In this document: piece after piece, positions 36,475 through 45,339 of the stretch | Position numbering within the stretch: position 1 is the first letter of the stretch | Layout: every line of letters starts with the position of its first letter | Source of the DNA: an uncultured virus (IMG/VR IMGVR_UViG_3300028840_006692) | Taxonomy: Duplodnaviria > Heunggongvirae > Uroviricota > Caudoviricetes | IMG/VR virus record: IMGVR_UViG_3300028840_006692 | Length of the DNA: 64,000 nt | Direction: 5' to 3' (one strand) | Program-made: the position numbers and the translations under genes | The notes under the pieces: model-generated | Told to the model about the DNA's origin: nothing | Database searches by the model: none | What the model saw: only the letters and a program-made list of their open reading frames with translations

Positions 36475-36611
36475 GTCGAACCTCTGCTTTCCAGCAAATC
36501 ATACCACACCCAACGCACAAAAGAGCCGAAAAATTTGCAGAATAGTACTGGATGATGGTAGACAAATATAGACACCGCTACGGGCATCCTAAACGCCCCC
36601 TAGGAGGTACA

Positions 36612-37184
36612 ATGACAAAAGCAAAACCGAGCGCACCCAAATCAATCAACCCAAACATAGACTTGAATGCCGTATGGGAAAAATTCATCCAGAAGTCGCA
36701 CTGGGACGAAGTCTCCGAAGAAGCGCAGAAGATCTTATTGCAGAGCAAAAGAGAACGCATAGGTGCAAGCATTGAGGCGTTACGCGCTCAGTACGATCTG
36801 ATCACAGAACAAATAGACTCTGTTGAAGACCGAGAATCAAACGCCAAAGTGCATCTAACAAACCTAGCTACGGCACTTGGTCCATTGGCGACAGAGAAGG
36901 TTTTGATAACCGCCATGCTTGAACACTACGGAACGATCCGTACTCAATCAAGCACCGAAAAGAAGCCAAAAACAACCACAATCATCAGCGAAGATGCTGT
37001 GCTCAATGTGCTCGACTACGATGGCAAATTCATCCATGCGATCGTAGATGATTTGAAAGACGAATACCCAGAAGCATCAGTTGCAACAACACGCCTTGTG
37101 ATCCAAAACCTCATTGCAAAGGGCGCCGTGATCAAGACAGGAGAAAGACGCTCTTCCCAGTACAGAAGAGCGCAAGAAGTCTAA
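36612..37184 (+). CDS. Coiled-coil protein with C-terminal winged-helix-like domain
   Basis: AGGAGG SD; IQNLIAKGAVIKTGERRSSQY wing motif. Confidence 0.6.
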   Translation: MTKAKPSAPKSINPNIDLNAVWEKFIQKSHWDEVSEEAQKILLQSKRERIGASIEALRAQYDLITEQIDSVEDRESNAKVHLTNLATALGPLATEKVLITAMLEHYGTIRTQSSTEKKPKTTTIISEDAVLNVLDYDGKFIHAIVDDLKDEYPEASVATTRLVIQNLIAKGAVIKTGERRSSQYRRAQEV

Positions 37185-37810
37185 ACCGGCACACCCTCCC
37201 GCATCCAAGACCACACCCCCTTTGCCCAATCTTCATACCCCTTTGGGGATGCATGAATCCGATCACTCGACATGGCGACCGGCGGCTGCATGCTCATTGC
37301 CTCGTGAAAGAACACACCAGCTTCTGCGGCAGCTGGACTGGATCGGATCATCGAAAGCGCCTTGTCCAGATTGCGGACCGGGCTCCAAGGCGGAAGCATC
37401 CAGACAATCTTGGCACCACTGGCAGCAATCTTCCGAACGAATTTTTCGAGCATGGGGGTCTCCCAGTCAATCTGATCTTCGGTGGCGTTGCCGTCGTTGG
37501 TTCCAAGCGTCACCAAGACCACCGATGGAGACCGATCCAGGATCGGCCCAATCCCCACGGGGCGTCCCCCCACACGAGACCGATCCCGAGCCCATTGGAA
37601 GATAGCTGTTCCCCCAACGGCAATAGATTCGAAATCTATGCCGTCCTTTGCCGTCAGTGCCCTGAAATGCCTCCCCAACCCCAAACCGTGGCTGTCGCCT
37701 ACGAGCAATAGCCTATCGCCAGGAACAGGGCGCCACGTGACACCACGCGCCATCATTGATCCGATCAAGATTACCCCACCCGTGATGCCGAGTGCCAGAG
37801 CAAGATTCAT
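37181..37810 (-). CDS. SGNH/GDSL esterase with N-terminal membrane anchor
   Basis: Blocks VGDS, GGT, LGTND, DRIH; hydrophobic N-terminus MNLALALGITGGVILIG. Confidence 0.85.
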   Translation of the reverse strand: MNLALALGITGGVILIGSMMARGVTWRPVPGDRLLLVGDSHGLGLGRHFRALTAKDGIDFESIAVGGTAIFQWARDRSRVGGRPVGIGPILDRSPSVVLVTLGTNDGNATEDQIDWETPMLEKFVRKIAASGAKIVWMLPPWSPVRNLDKALSMIRSSPAAAEAGVFFHEAMSMQPPVAMSSDRIHASPKGYEDWAKGVWSWMREGVPV

Positions 37811-37873
37811 GGCCGCATAATACCACAAAAAGATCAAACCCGGAGATGTGCGAGTGCTCCGGGTTTGAATGCC

Positions 37874-38006
37874 CTTCTCCCGGGTTCGCGGCACCCGTAC
37901 TTCCAACCTACCACCAAACCCCAAACGGCACAAAAAAACCGAAACCCGGGAGACCTGCACTTCTCCCGGGTTCGCGGCACCCGTACTTCCAACCTACCAC
38001 CAAACC
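37874..38006. repeat. 47-bp direct repeat x2 (37874-37920, 37960-38006)
   Basis: CTTCTCCCGGGTTCGCGGCACCCGTACTTCCAACCTACCACCAAACC appears twice, intergenic. Confidence 0.9.
37931..37972 (-). terminator. Probable intrinsic terminator
   Basis: 11-bp stem AACCCGGGAGA/TCTCCCGGGTT followed on the minus strand by TCGGTTTTTTT; a second 10-bp stem lies at 37836-37866. Confidence 0.6.
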
Positions 38007-38067
38007 TCACAGGGGCAACAATTTTTTGAAAAGAAAATCGCCACCCCCAAAAAAACGCTGGAAATTC

Positions 38068-38574
38068 TCATACTTCCACGTTCGCCAAATTGTTGATCCG
38101 GATGGGCAAAAACTTCCTGTACCCCGTACCATCCGGGGAAGAGTACGCCTGTCGGCAATCGACAAAAAGCGTTACTGTTTCGCTGATCGAAACCCAGAGA
38201 AAACCGTTCCAAAGCTCCAAAACTTCTGGCGATATTGCCTGATCGCAGGTGTACGCCGGAGCATCCGCAAGGGAACTCCCCTCGTTGTCGGATCCAAGCA
38301 CCACGGGATGACGCACGCGCAAAACCACCGGTGTGTACCCTTCTTGGTAAGAATCACCCTCCATTGAAACTGCAATCGCGGCCGCTACATCGTACCAATA
38401 TTGGATCCCTTCCGCACATGTCAGATACAGTTTTGCTCCTTTTCCACGCCCAAATCCCGACCGCCCCATCATTGCTTTACCATCATCAACAGCAACGATC
38501 GGAACCAACCCAATTTCTGAGATCTTCGAAAGGCGATTGAAGAACGTCACATGGTAGACGTATTTTTTGGTCAT
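38068..38574 (-). CDS. ADP-ribosyltransferase-fold-like protein (Tpt1/KptA-type motif)
   Basis: YVYHVT...L.KI...GL.P, LYLT, PVVLRV, ISPE.LE pattern. Confidence 0.5.
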   Translation of the reverse strand: MTKKYVYHVTFFNRLSKISEIGLVPIVAVDDGKAMMGRSGFGRGKGAKLYLTCAEGIQYWYDVAAAIAVSMEGDSYQEGYTPVVLRVRHPVVLGSDNEGSSLADAPAYTCDQAISPEVLELWNGFLWVSISETVTLFVDCRQAYSSPDGTGYRKFLPIRINNLANVEV

Positions 38575-38984
38575 GTGTCCTCCACAATAGCGCGAAACCA
38601 AGGGTTAGAAAGCGCGTGTTGGCCCCTTGCGGCCCTAACAGCACGCGAAGCATCACGACCAGACCAACCCAAATAACGCAGTGCCAACCCAGAAACCAAC
38701 CCCGATCGATTCAACCCCGCCATACACGTCACCAAACAACGCTTTCCTCGATGCAGTTCCTGTGCAACTACATAAGCCGCAAGCATTGCAATTTCAATCT
38801 CTTTTTGCGTAGGCACATCGTCTCTAATGCCCGCACGAACGACACGCACACCAGGAAACAAACAAGCTGGGGGCTGATACTGGCTCGCGCAAAGCACGAG
38901 CACATCAGCCGTTTTGGAGATTTTTTGAAGGGGAGAGGGAGCAGATCCTTGGATGAGGTTTTTCGCTACCATAGAGGCGTCCAT
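38571..38984 (-). CDS. Dual-specificity / tyrosine protein phosphatase
   Basis: P-loop VTCMAGLNRSG (CX5R), upstream IRDD acid loop, AL.N..F. Confidence 0.85.
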   Translation of the reverse strand: MDASMVAKNLIQGSAPSPLQKISKTADVLVLCASQYQPPACLFPGVRVVRAGIRDDVPTQKEIEIAMLAAYVVAQELHRGKRCLVTCMAGLNRSGLVSGLALRYLGWSGRDASRAVRAARGQHALSNPWFRAIVEDT

Positions 38985-39007
38985 CCCCCTATGATATCAC
39001 GCAAATT

Positions 39008-39811
39008 TCAAAATGGCGCGTCTTCCTGAGACAGATCGTCACCTTGGGAAACATCGGTTGACTGCACAACCTGCGCTGCAAGCTCAGGACGCCTTGCGTC
39101 TCTGCGTCTTGCAAGCTTTCGAATAAATGCCGCAGCAGGCGCTAATGCTTCATCGATGTCTTCGTCTTCAGGAATTCTTGCGTAGCGGTACAAATCTGGT
39201 TGGTCCTCGATCCAAGACATATTGCCTAACTCTGAGAGCTTCTTTGCGCTCATCACCTCGTATTTCGTGTCATTCTTACCAGTACCTTGCCGAGTGATGA
39301 TGATATCAAACCCTTCGAATGGGTGCGTGTAGTCTCCTCCAGCATCAGGATCGCGACGCAACGCACGCAAGCGCTCATAGATTTTAGGGCCAAATTGTAA
39401 AGGCTGCGGCCCATCCGCAGCGCTCACGGCGGCAGTAGGGCCACTACGCACGATCACGTTGCCGTATCCGTTGAGTTTCGCAAGGTTTTGATAGGCCAGC
39501 TCTTCATCAGAGCTCGTGCCCAGAGCATAAATCGCCTCCACGATCTTGCAGACCTTGCATGGGCGCTTGCGCATAATTCTAGGACAACACAGAGTTTTCA
39601 TGCGCTCCATACCCGGAAGCTGCAAAAAATGCTTGTGTGTGATCACAAATGGACTTTTGCCGCCTGCTGGCGGCGGAAGAAATCTTAGCACCCACCGCCC
39701 CGGAGTCAGCTTCAAGACAGATCCCGAAGCTTCGGCCACGTACTTGTCTTCCTCATCCAGCGCAGAAAGCTCGTACGATCCCCATTGCACTTGTTCCATG
39801 TCCGTTGTCAT
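39008..39811 (-). CDS. Single-stranded DNA-binding protein (gp32-like)
   Basis: LRFLPP, H..C..C..C zinc site, GFDIIITR.G.G..TKY, acidic tail ending DAPF; adjacent to the polymerase. Confidence 0.75.
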   Translation of the reverse strand: MTTDMEQVQWGSYELSALDEEDKYVAEASGSVLKLTPGRWVLRFLPPPAGGKSPFVITHKHFLQLPGMERMKTLCCPRIMRKRPCKVCKIVEAIYALGTSSDEELAYQNLAKLNGYGNVIVRSGPTAAVSAADGPQPLQFGPKIYERLRALRRDPDAGGDYTHPFEGFDIIITRQGTGKNDTKYEVMSAKKLSELGNMSWIEDQPDLYRYARIPEDEDIDEALAPAAAFIRKLARRRDARRPELAAQVVQSTDVSQGDDLSQEDAPF

Positions 39812-39845
39812 TGTTTGTTCTCCGTTATACGTAAACGTTTTTTTG

Positions 39846-42446
39846 CTAAGCGCTAAGCTGATACGGCTTCATACCCCCCCATCCGATGCCATACTCAAAA
39901 TCCACAGGTAGAGGAACACCAAAAGAGGGCCAACTGGTCATGATCTTGTGACATTCACCAGCGACTTCATCCAAGCAAGATTCGTGGACCTCCAACACGA
40001 TAGAATCGTGCACTTGTGCCACAACCTTGGCATCGATCTTCGAAGAAAGAATCCAATCCACCACAGCAGAAAGAGACGCTAAGCAATAATCCGCCGCGGT
40101 GCCCTGTATCGCTGAGTTCCAAGATCCATGTTCCGCTTGGCTACGCCGAGATCCATCCTGAGACGCGATATCAAGCAAGTATCGCCGCCGCGCGCGCATG
40201 CCGTCCCAGTACGTCCAAACGATCCCATGCGTTCGTGCGTAGGAAAGCTGCCGATTGAGCCAAGCGTTGAACTTACCAAAAGCACTAAGTATCGCTTCCT
40301 TTACCGCGGCGGCCTCCGGCACAGTGCACCCCATCTGCGCAGCCAAAGAATTGTCACCCATGCCGTACATCACCCCAAAGTTTATGCCTTTTGCAAGAGA
40401 TCTGTATTTGCTCTTGCCGGTTCTGGCGTAATCTTCAGCGATCGACTCAGGTTCCACGTTCCAAGCCAGTTTCGAGACAAGCTGCGCTGTTCGTAGATGA
40501 AAATCCACGCCCTCTTGAAAGATCTTGATCATCTCTGGATCTTGAGAAAGCATTGCTGCAACCCTAAGCTCCACTTGGCTGTAATCCGCAGAAAGCAACA
40601 CATATCCCGGCGGAGCGCACATGATGTTGCGCGCCATGATGCCAAGCTCATCAACCGGTCGAGGAAAGTTTTGCATATCCGGATCTGCGCAGGAGATCCG
40701 CCCAGACTTAGCTCCGGAGATGCGGTAATCTGCATGGATACGATCATCAGGACGAATGAATTTTAAGACTCCCTGAGCGTAGGTTCCCCTCAGCTTCTGA
40801 ATCTGTCTAAGCTTTAGTACCAAGGCAGGAACCTCGTGAGAATCACTAATCTTTTTCAGAGAAGTCTTGTCAGTTTTTATCTGACCCGAAGCAGTGCGCT
40901 CTAGGTACTCTTCAGCCAAAGCGCAGGTTTTCGCTATATAGCCTCCAAGCTGCTTTGGAGAGCTCCAATTTACGGTAGAATCAAAAGCCTTCAGCTGCAC
41001 CAAAAGATCCGATTCTCTTCCCTCCAAAAGCCGATCAAAGAGCATCGCATTTTCTCTCGAAGCATGCATACCCCACGCTTCCATCCAAGCTATAGAATAA
41101 GCAGCGCCCTGCACAAGCTTGCGCCAAACATTGTCTAGCCGCTGGACCTTTTTGATTTCAGATCCGAGATACTCTCCAAGCATAACAGTTGTGACCGCAT
41201 CGCGTGCGTTGTACTTGTGCAAAATATTCTTTGGTATCGCACCGTACACCCAACCGCCAACATCCCCAGGGGACTCTCGGATGATTGCATCCAATTCCGG
41301 ATCTTCGGTAAGACCAGCTTCTTCCTGGAAGAGCACACCAGATCTTTGCTTTGCGATCTCAGTCAATCGAGAATTGACGTGCTTTTGCGCGGATGCCATA
41401 GCTTCCTTGGCGTCGTCTTTCATACCGCCCATCCCAACCAGAATCGCAAGTTGGTCAAGGCCCCCCTCAGCATCGGGATCCAAGATCTTACGCCACAGCA
41501 AAGTATCGCCCACGGGGGCTGAAGCCATCACACCATCGGAGGTGTACACGCTGAGCATATCAAATTTGACGTTTTGGCCGATCTTAGGAATCTTGCTATC
41601 GCACAAGAAATCCATCAACACCTTTCGTGTTTCTGGATTATCCAAAGCAGCCTTGCCCCAGACGTAAGCACGCCGTGTGCCTTCACGGCACAAGGCCACC
41701 GACAGCAACTTGAAGCTTTTGGTAAAATGCCTCCCCGCGGTCTCCACGTCCCACGCCACCCAACCCCCTTGGGATAGTCCCTTCACCGCATTGGTAGCCT
41801 CTGACAAGGATGTCACCACCTCGAACGACGCTTCCCACGGTACCTCAGACAGATCATAGGTCGTGAGCGCCCATTTCAAGTCTGCCTCAAACATACGATC
41901 AACAAAGCGATTGCGTAGCGCTGCAGCCGGGTGGATAAGAAAAAACACCGGAATTGGCACATCATGACAAGTAAGAAATCCAAATCCTCGCCTGCAGCTC
42001 ATAGGTGCCACCCTGAAACCCATTATGGCCTTGGCAGCTATCGCGCCCAAGGCAAGGATTCTGGTGGGGCTACACACCTCTATAGTATGGGCTAGATGCG
42101 ATCGGCACGCTTCTATGCATCGATTATCTATTTCTTGGCGCTTATTGGTCTTGGGCGTATAACAACGAGTTGCGTTATCATACATCACGGGTCCGCTGTA
42201 GTGCGTCTTCACGCACATCTTGAGCCTTTCCCCGCTTTTGCCCACGAAGGGCATCCCTTCAATATCCTCCGTTTTGCCTGGGCCTTCACCCACAATCAGC
42301 ACGCCACCAGGTTGCCCCGATGGGGGCACCCCGGCGGTGCGCGCTGTTCGAAAGAGTTTGCACCGAGAACACTTCTGTGGGACAGAAACAGGAGCCTCCC
42401 TTTCGACAGCTGCGGTAGGCAACTCATCGAACAGCGGAAGCATCAC
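39846..42446 (-). CDS. polA: Family A DNA polymerase with N-terminal family-4 uracil-DNA-glycosylase domain
   Basis: UDG: CSRC, GEGPG..ED..G.PFVG.SG, HPAA.LRN. Exonuclease: DVET, NVKFD, YNARD. Polymerase: DYSQVELR, R..AK.INFG.MYG, VHDS. Confidence 0.93.
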   Translation of the reverse strand: MMLPLFDELPTAAVEREAPVSVPQKCSRCKLFRTARTAGVPPSGQPGGVLIVGEGPGKTEDIEGMPFVGKSGERLKMCVKTHYSGPVMYDNATRCYTPKTNKRQEIDNRCIEACRSHLAHTIEVCSPTRILALGAIAAKAIMGFRVAPMSCRRGFGFLTCHDVPIPVFFLIHPAAALRNRFVDRMFEADLKWALTTYDLSEVPWEASFEVVTSLSEATNAVKGLSQGGWVAWDVETAGRHFTKSFKLLSVALCREGTRRAYVWGKAALDNPETRKVLMDFLCDSKIPKIGQNVKFDMLSVYTSDGVMASAPVGDTLLWRKILDPDAEGGLDQLAILVGMGGMKDDAKEAMASAQKHVNSRLTEIAKQRSGVLFQEEAGLTEDPELDAIIRESPGDVGGWVYGAIPKNILHKYNARDAVTTVMLGEYLGSEIKKVQRLDNVWRKLVQGAAYSIAWMEAWGMHASRENAMLFDRLLEGRESDLLVQLKAFDSTVNWSSPKQLGGYIAKTCALAEEYLERTASGQIKTDKTSLKKISDSHEVPALVLKLRQIQKLRGTYAQGVLKFIRPDDRIHADYRISGAKSGRISCADPDMQNFPRPVDELGIMARNIMCAPPGYVLLSADYSQVELRVAAMLSQDPEMIKIFQEGVDFHLRTAQLVSKLAWNVEPESIAEDYARTGKSKYRSLAKGINFGVMYGMGDNSLAAQMGCTVPEAAAVKEAILSAFGKFNAWLNRQLSYARTHGIVWTYWDGMRARRRYLLDIASQDGSRRSQAEHGSWNSAIQGTAADYCLASLSAVVDWILSSKIDAKVVAQVHDSIVLEVHESCLDEVAGECHKIMTSWPSFGVPLPVDFEYGIGWGGMKPYQLSA

Positions 42447-43117
42447 ATAAGCCCCATGGTGACCAAAGTCTTGGGAACCTTAGCTGAAATGTCCTCAATT
42501 TTTCCAAGCACCGGCACTGTTGGCTTCAATGCTTCGCAATATTCCACCAGTTTTTTGGGTTCTTGGACACCTGCGGTCATAAGCAGCCGAATCACATCAC
42601 CGATTCGAGCTGCGCGTTGAAGCGCCCCCATATCGAGCACTATTCCCTTGACCTCCACTTTTTCTGTCGGGTCATGCTTTTGATAGGGCCCAACGGCGAC
42701 CAATGGGGGTTGTGCCGGCTTTTGGGGTTGTGCCGGCTTTTGGGGTTGCGCCGGTGTGCCAGTATCCGGATCCTGACCGGGGGGCACAAGTTGCCACGGA
42801 TCTTTTGGGCCAGGGGACTGCTGGACCGGAGCAGGGGTTTGCTGGGCCGGAGCCGGGGACTGCTGGGCCGGGGCCGGAGCAGGGGTTTGCTGGGCCGGAG
42901 CAGGGGTTTGCTGGGCCGGAGCAGGAGATTCTGCGTAGCCCATCATGTCGCTGAACCCAACAAGACTTCCGGTGCGCAATGCCCGCAGCACTTCGTGTGC
43001 TTCGACACGGGTCAACCCGTACAGAGTGAGCTTACCATTGCGATGATAACGAATACGGCGCAGATGCCCAAGAATTTCCGCCTCACCTCCAAATTCAGTG
43101 ATTCTTGCCATAGACAC
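42443..43117 (-). CDS. Hypothetical protein with Pro/Gln/Ala repeat linker
   Basis: PAPAQQT and QKPAQP repeats between two small domains; GGAGG SD. Confidence 0.6.
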   Translation of the reverse strand: MSMARITEFGGEAEILGHLRRIRYHRNGKLTLYGLTRVEAHEVLRALRTGSLVGFSDMMGYAESPAPAQQTPAPAQQTPAPAPAQQSPAPAQQTPAPVQQSPGPKDPWQLVPPGQDPDTGTPAQPQKPAQPQKPAQPPLVAVGPYQKHDPTEKVEVKGIVLDMGALQRAARIGDVIRLLMTAGVQEPKKLVEYCEALKPTVPVLGKIEDISAKVPKTLVTMGLM

Positions 43118-43127
43118 GGGTACCTCC

Positions 43128-44009
43128 TTACGAAAAATTCACACACTCTCCATCCCTCGACAGGGAGTATCGAGCCGCCTCCAGCAGATCCGGGGCCTGT
43201 ATTTCTGCTGGGTCCGACTTAGGAGGAAGCCTAACACACCCGGCCTCGACCCCCAAAATTTTTAGACGCATGCATGAAGCCCATCCGGTTTCCCACGCGT
43301 CCCCATCGAGCACAACAACAAGGGGCCGCTGCGCTTCCCGCGAAATCCAATCAAGTTGGCCTGCGGTGGGCTTGCCCAAGAACGCCGAAGCATGGGGCCA
43401 ATGCGCCAGCGCATCAAACACCCCTTCCACGAGGAGCAGCGGGGTCATGGTGGGAGTTTTGACTGCCCACCCACGGTACAGGGTACCCCCGCGAGAACCG
43501 GCCGGATAAAGGTACCTGAGGCGCGCTGTGGCCACCCATGCTCTGGCCACGTACCAGAGCCAATTTTGATCTTCGTCGAGGACCGGAACAATCACACGGT
43601 AAGCATATTTGCCGCGCATGCAGCCACCAATTGCTTCCCTGGCGATCACCTCCGCCCCAATGCCTCGAGATTCAAGGTATTCAATCGCGTCCGAAAAAAC
43701 TAGCGATCGGGCGATGTACTTGCCAGAAAGTTGCGTGTAGCCCGATGGCGGCATGAGGCAAGAAGGGCGCTGCTCTTGGGTTTGAGGATTTCTCGGCTCG
43801 TAAGAGCCACATCTAGGGCCTGTACTGCCAACAGATCCACACCGAAAGCAGTGATATCGCCCAGTAAGCAAGCACACGCCAAGGGAGGACCGTTTGTCAA
43901 CAACACCAGCTTTTTCCTCGCAAAACGGGCAATTTCCGCGAACCCACCCGCTTGTAGATGGGTGTTTGCCAGAAATAGCATCCATCACCAAGTCTGATGA
44001 CGCACTCAT
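43128..44009 (-). CDS. DnaG-type DNA primase (Zn finger plus TOPRIM)
   Basis: CPFC...HCFRC, YLESRGI, LVEGVFDAL, VLDGDA, SDP. Confidence 0.88.
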   Translation of the reverse strand: MSASSDLVMDAISGKHPSTSGWVRGNCPFCEEKAGVVDKRSSLGVCLLTGRYHCFRCGSVGSTGPRCGSYEPRNPQTQEQRPSCLMPPSGYTQLSGKYIARSLVFSDAIEYLESRGIGAEVIAREAIGGCMRGKYAYRVIVPVLDEDQNWLWYVARAWVATARLRYLYPAGSRGGTLYRGWAVKTPTMTPLLLVEGVFDALAHWPHASAFLGKPTAGQLDWISREAQRPLVVVLDGDAWETGWASCMRLKILGVEAGCVRLPPKSDPAEIQAPDLLEAARYSLSRDGECVNFS

Positions 44010-44019
44010 GATGGCCTCC

Positions 44020-45339
44020 TCAAACCTTGATCAAACGTCCTGTCGCGAAGTCCTGCTCGTAGGGGCCAACTTTGAACCGCCCCTTACCGCGTCGCACCTT
44101 GGCGGCAAAAAGCGTCATCAAATGGTTCAAAAGATTCAAAGTGATCACCAAATCCGCAACCCGGATTTTGTGAATTGAATCTGCAACATCCGTGAGATCA
44201 AGTATTTTGTTGCTCTTTTGTTGCCCTCGTACAACTTGGCTGGCGGTCCACCCCCACCGATCTGTTTCGTGCATGTAATGCCGAAACCCCTCATAAACAA
44301 CACGTCCCGTGTCGTATTCTTTTCTTTCGGAAGAGAGATCAGCAGCTAGTTTGTCGGCATAGTCGACAACCACAACCTCAAATCGTGTGCCTATTTCATG
44401 CTCAGCATCTTTCACCCAATCACGAAGGTGCCCCACTGTCGTTACGTATGGCTCGAACTCTTTGACCAGAATGTTCCCGAAATTGTAGCTTGTACTCAGA
44501 TCATCTAACGCCGTCTGCACCGCTTTGCATGATGGATCATCATTGATTGCATCTATGGTAAATCCTGTTAGGTTTGCAATAATTCTGATAAGTTGCTCAC
44601 CGGTCGGCAGTTCCAGCGTAGCAAATGCCACGCTTTTCCCTTGCAAGGCAGCAGCACAAGCAACCTGAACCAAAGCCATAGATTTGCCATCACCCGACCC
44701 ACCCATCCACATCGATAGGGTACCCTGTTTTGCTCCACCCCCCAACAACGTGTCGAGATCCACAATTCCCGTGGCCAGTTTGGGCACGTTGTGCGACGCC
44801 TTTATAACGGTGTGCACGTTTTTGTCCAAGCAATCACCGACATTTGCGGTGTGAAGCCCTATTTTGGACACTCTGCTAATATCTTCAGCTACCGGAATCA
44901 GGCTTTCGCGTTTTTGCCATGCTGAAAGTCCTCTTTCGAGGGCACCCCGTTCTCCTCGGCGTCGGAGGATAGGCGCCATTTCTGTTATGATTTCATCGAT
45001 TGGTGGAATTCCGGCGTCATCAGCATCCTCGAACATTTCGTTGACTTGCTCGATTTCTTGCTGTGTCACTGTGCCTGATGAAATCCAACGACGAATTCTT
45101 TGTAGTACTACGAGTTGGCTATTTGGTCCTTTTCCTGTCTCGGAGGCGATGGATTTACATGCTCGTAGGGCCAATCTGGCCTTTGGGGTAGGGAGCAATT
45201 CGTGGTCAATCCAGGCTCCAAGGAGGTCGTAGAGTTTTGAGTTTTCGCAAATGGCTGAGACCATGAGCGTTTCAAATCCTCGGTGAATTTCGTACAACTC
45301 CTGTTGGTTTCGTGCCGCATGATTCATCCCCACACCCAT
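44020..45339 (-). CDS. DnaB-like replicative helicase
   Basis: TGI.DLD.LLGGG, Walker A GGSGDGKS, TLEL, VVVDYAD, WTASQ, ADS..K..VAD, KVR. Confidence 0.9.
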   Translation of the reverse strand: MGVGMNHAARNQQELYEIHRGFETLMVSAICENSKLYDLLGAWIDHELLPTPKARLALRACKSIASETGKGPNSQLVVLQRIRRWISSGTVTQQEIEQVNEMFEDADDAGIPPIDEIITEMAPILRRRGERGALERGLSAWQKRESLIPVAEDISRVSKIGLHTANVGDCLDKNVHTVIKASHNVPKLATGIVDLDTLLGGGAKQGTLSMWMGGSGDGKSMALVQVACAAALQGKSVAFATLELPTGEQLIRIIANLTGFTIDAINDDPSCKAVQTALDDLSTSYNFGNILVKEFEPYVTTVGHLRDWVKDAEHEIGTRFEVVVVDYADKLAADLSSERKEYDTGRVVYEGFRHYMHETDRWGWTASQVVRGQQKSNKILDLTDVADSIHKIRVADLVITLNLLNHLMTLFAAKVRRGKGRFKVGPYEQDFATGRLIKV

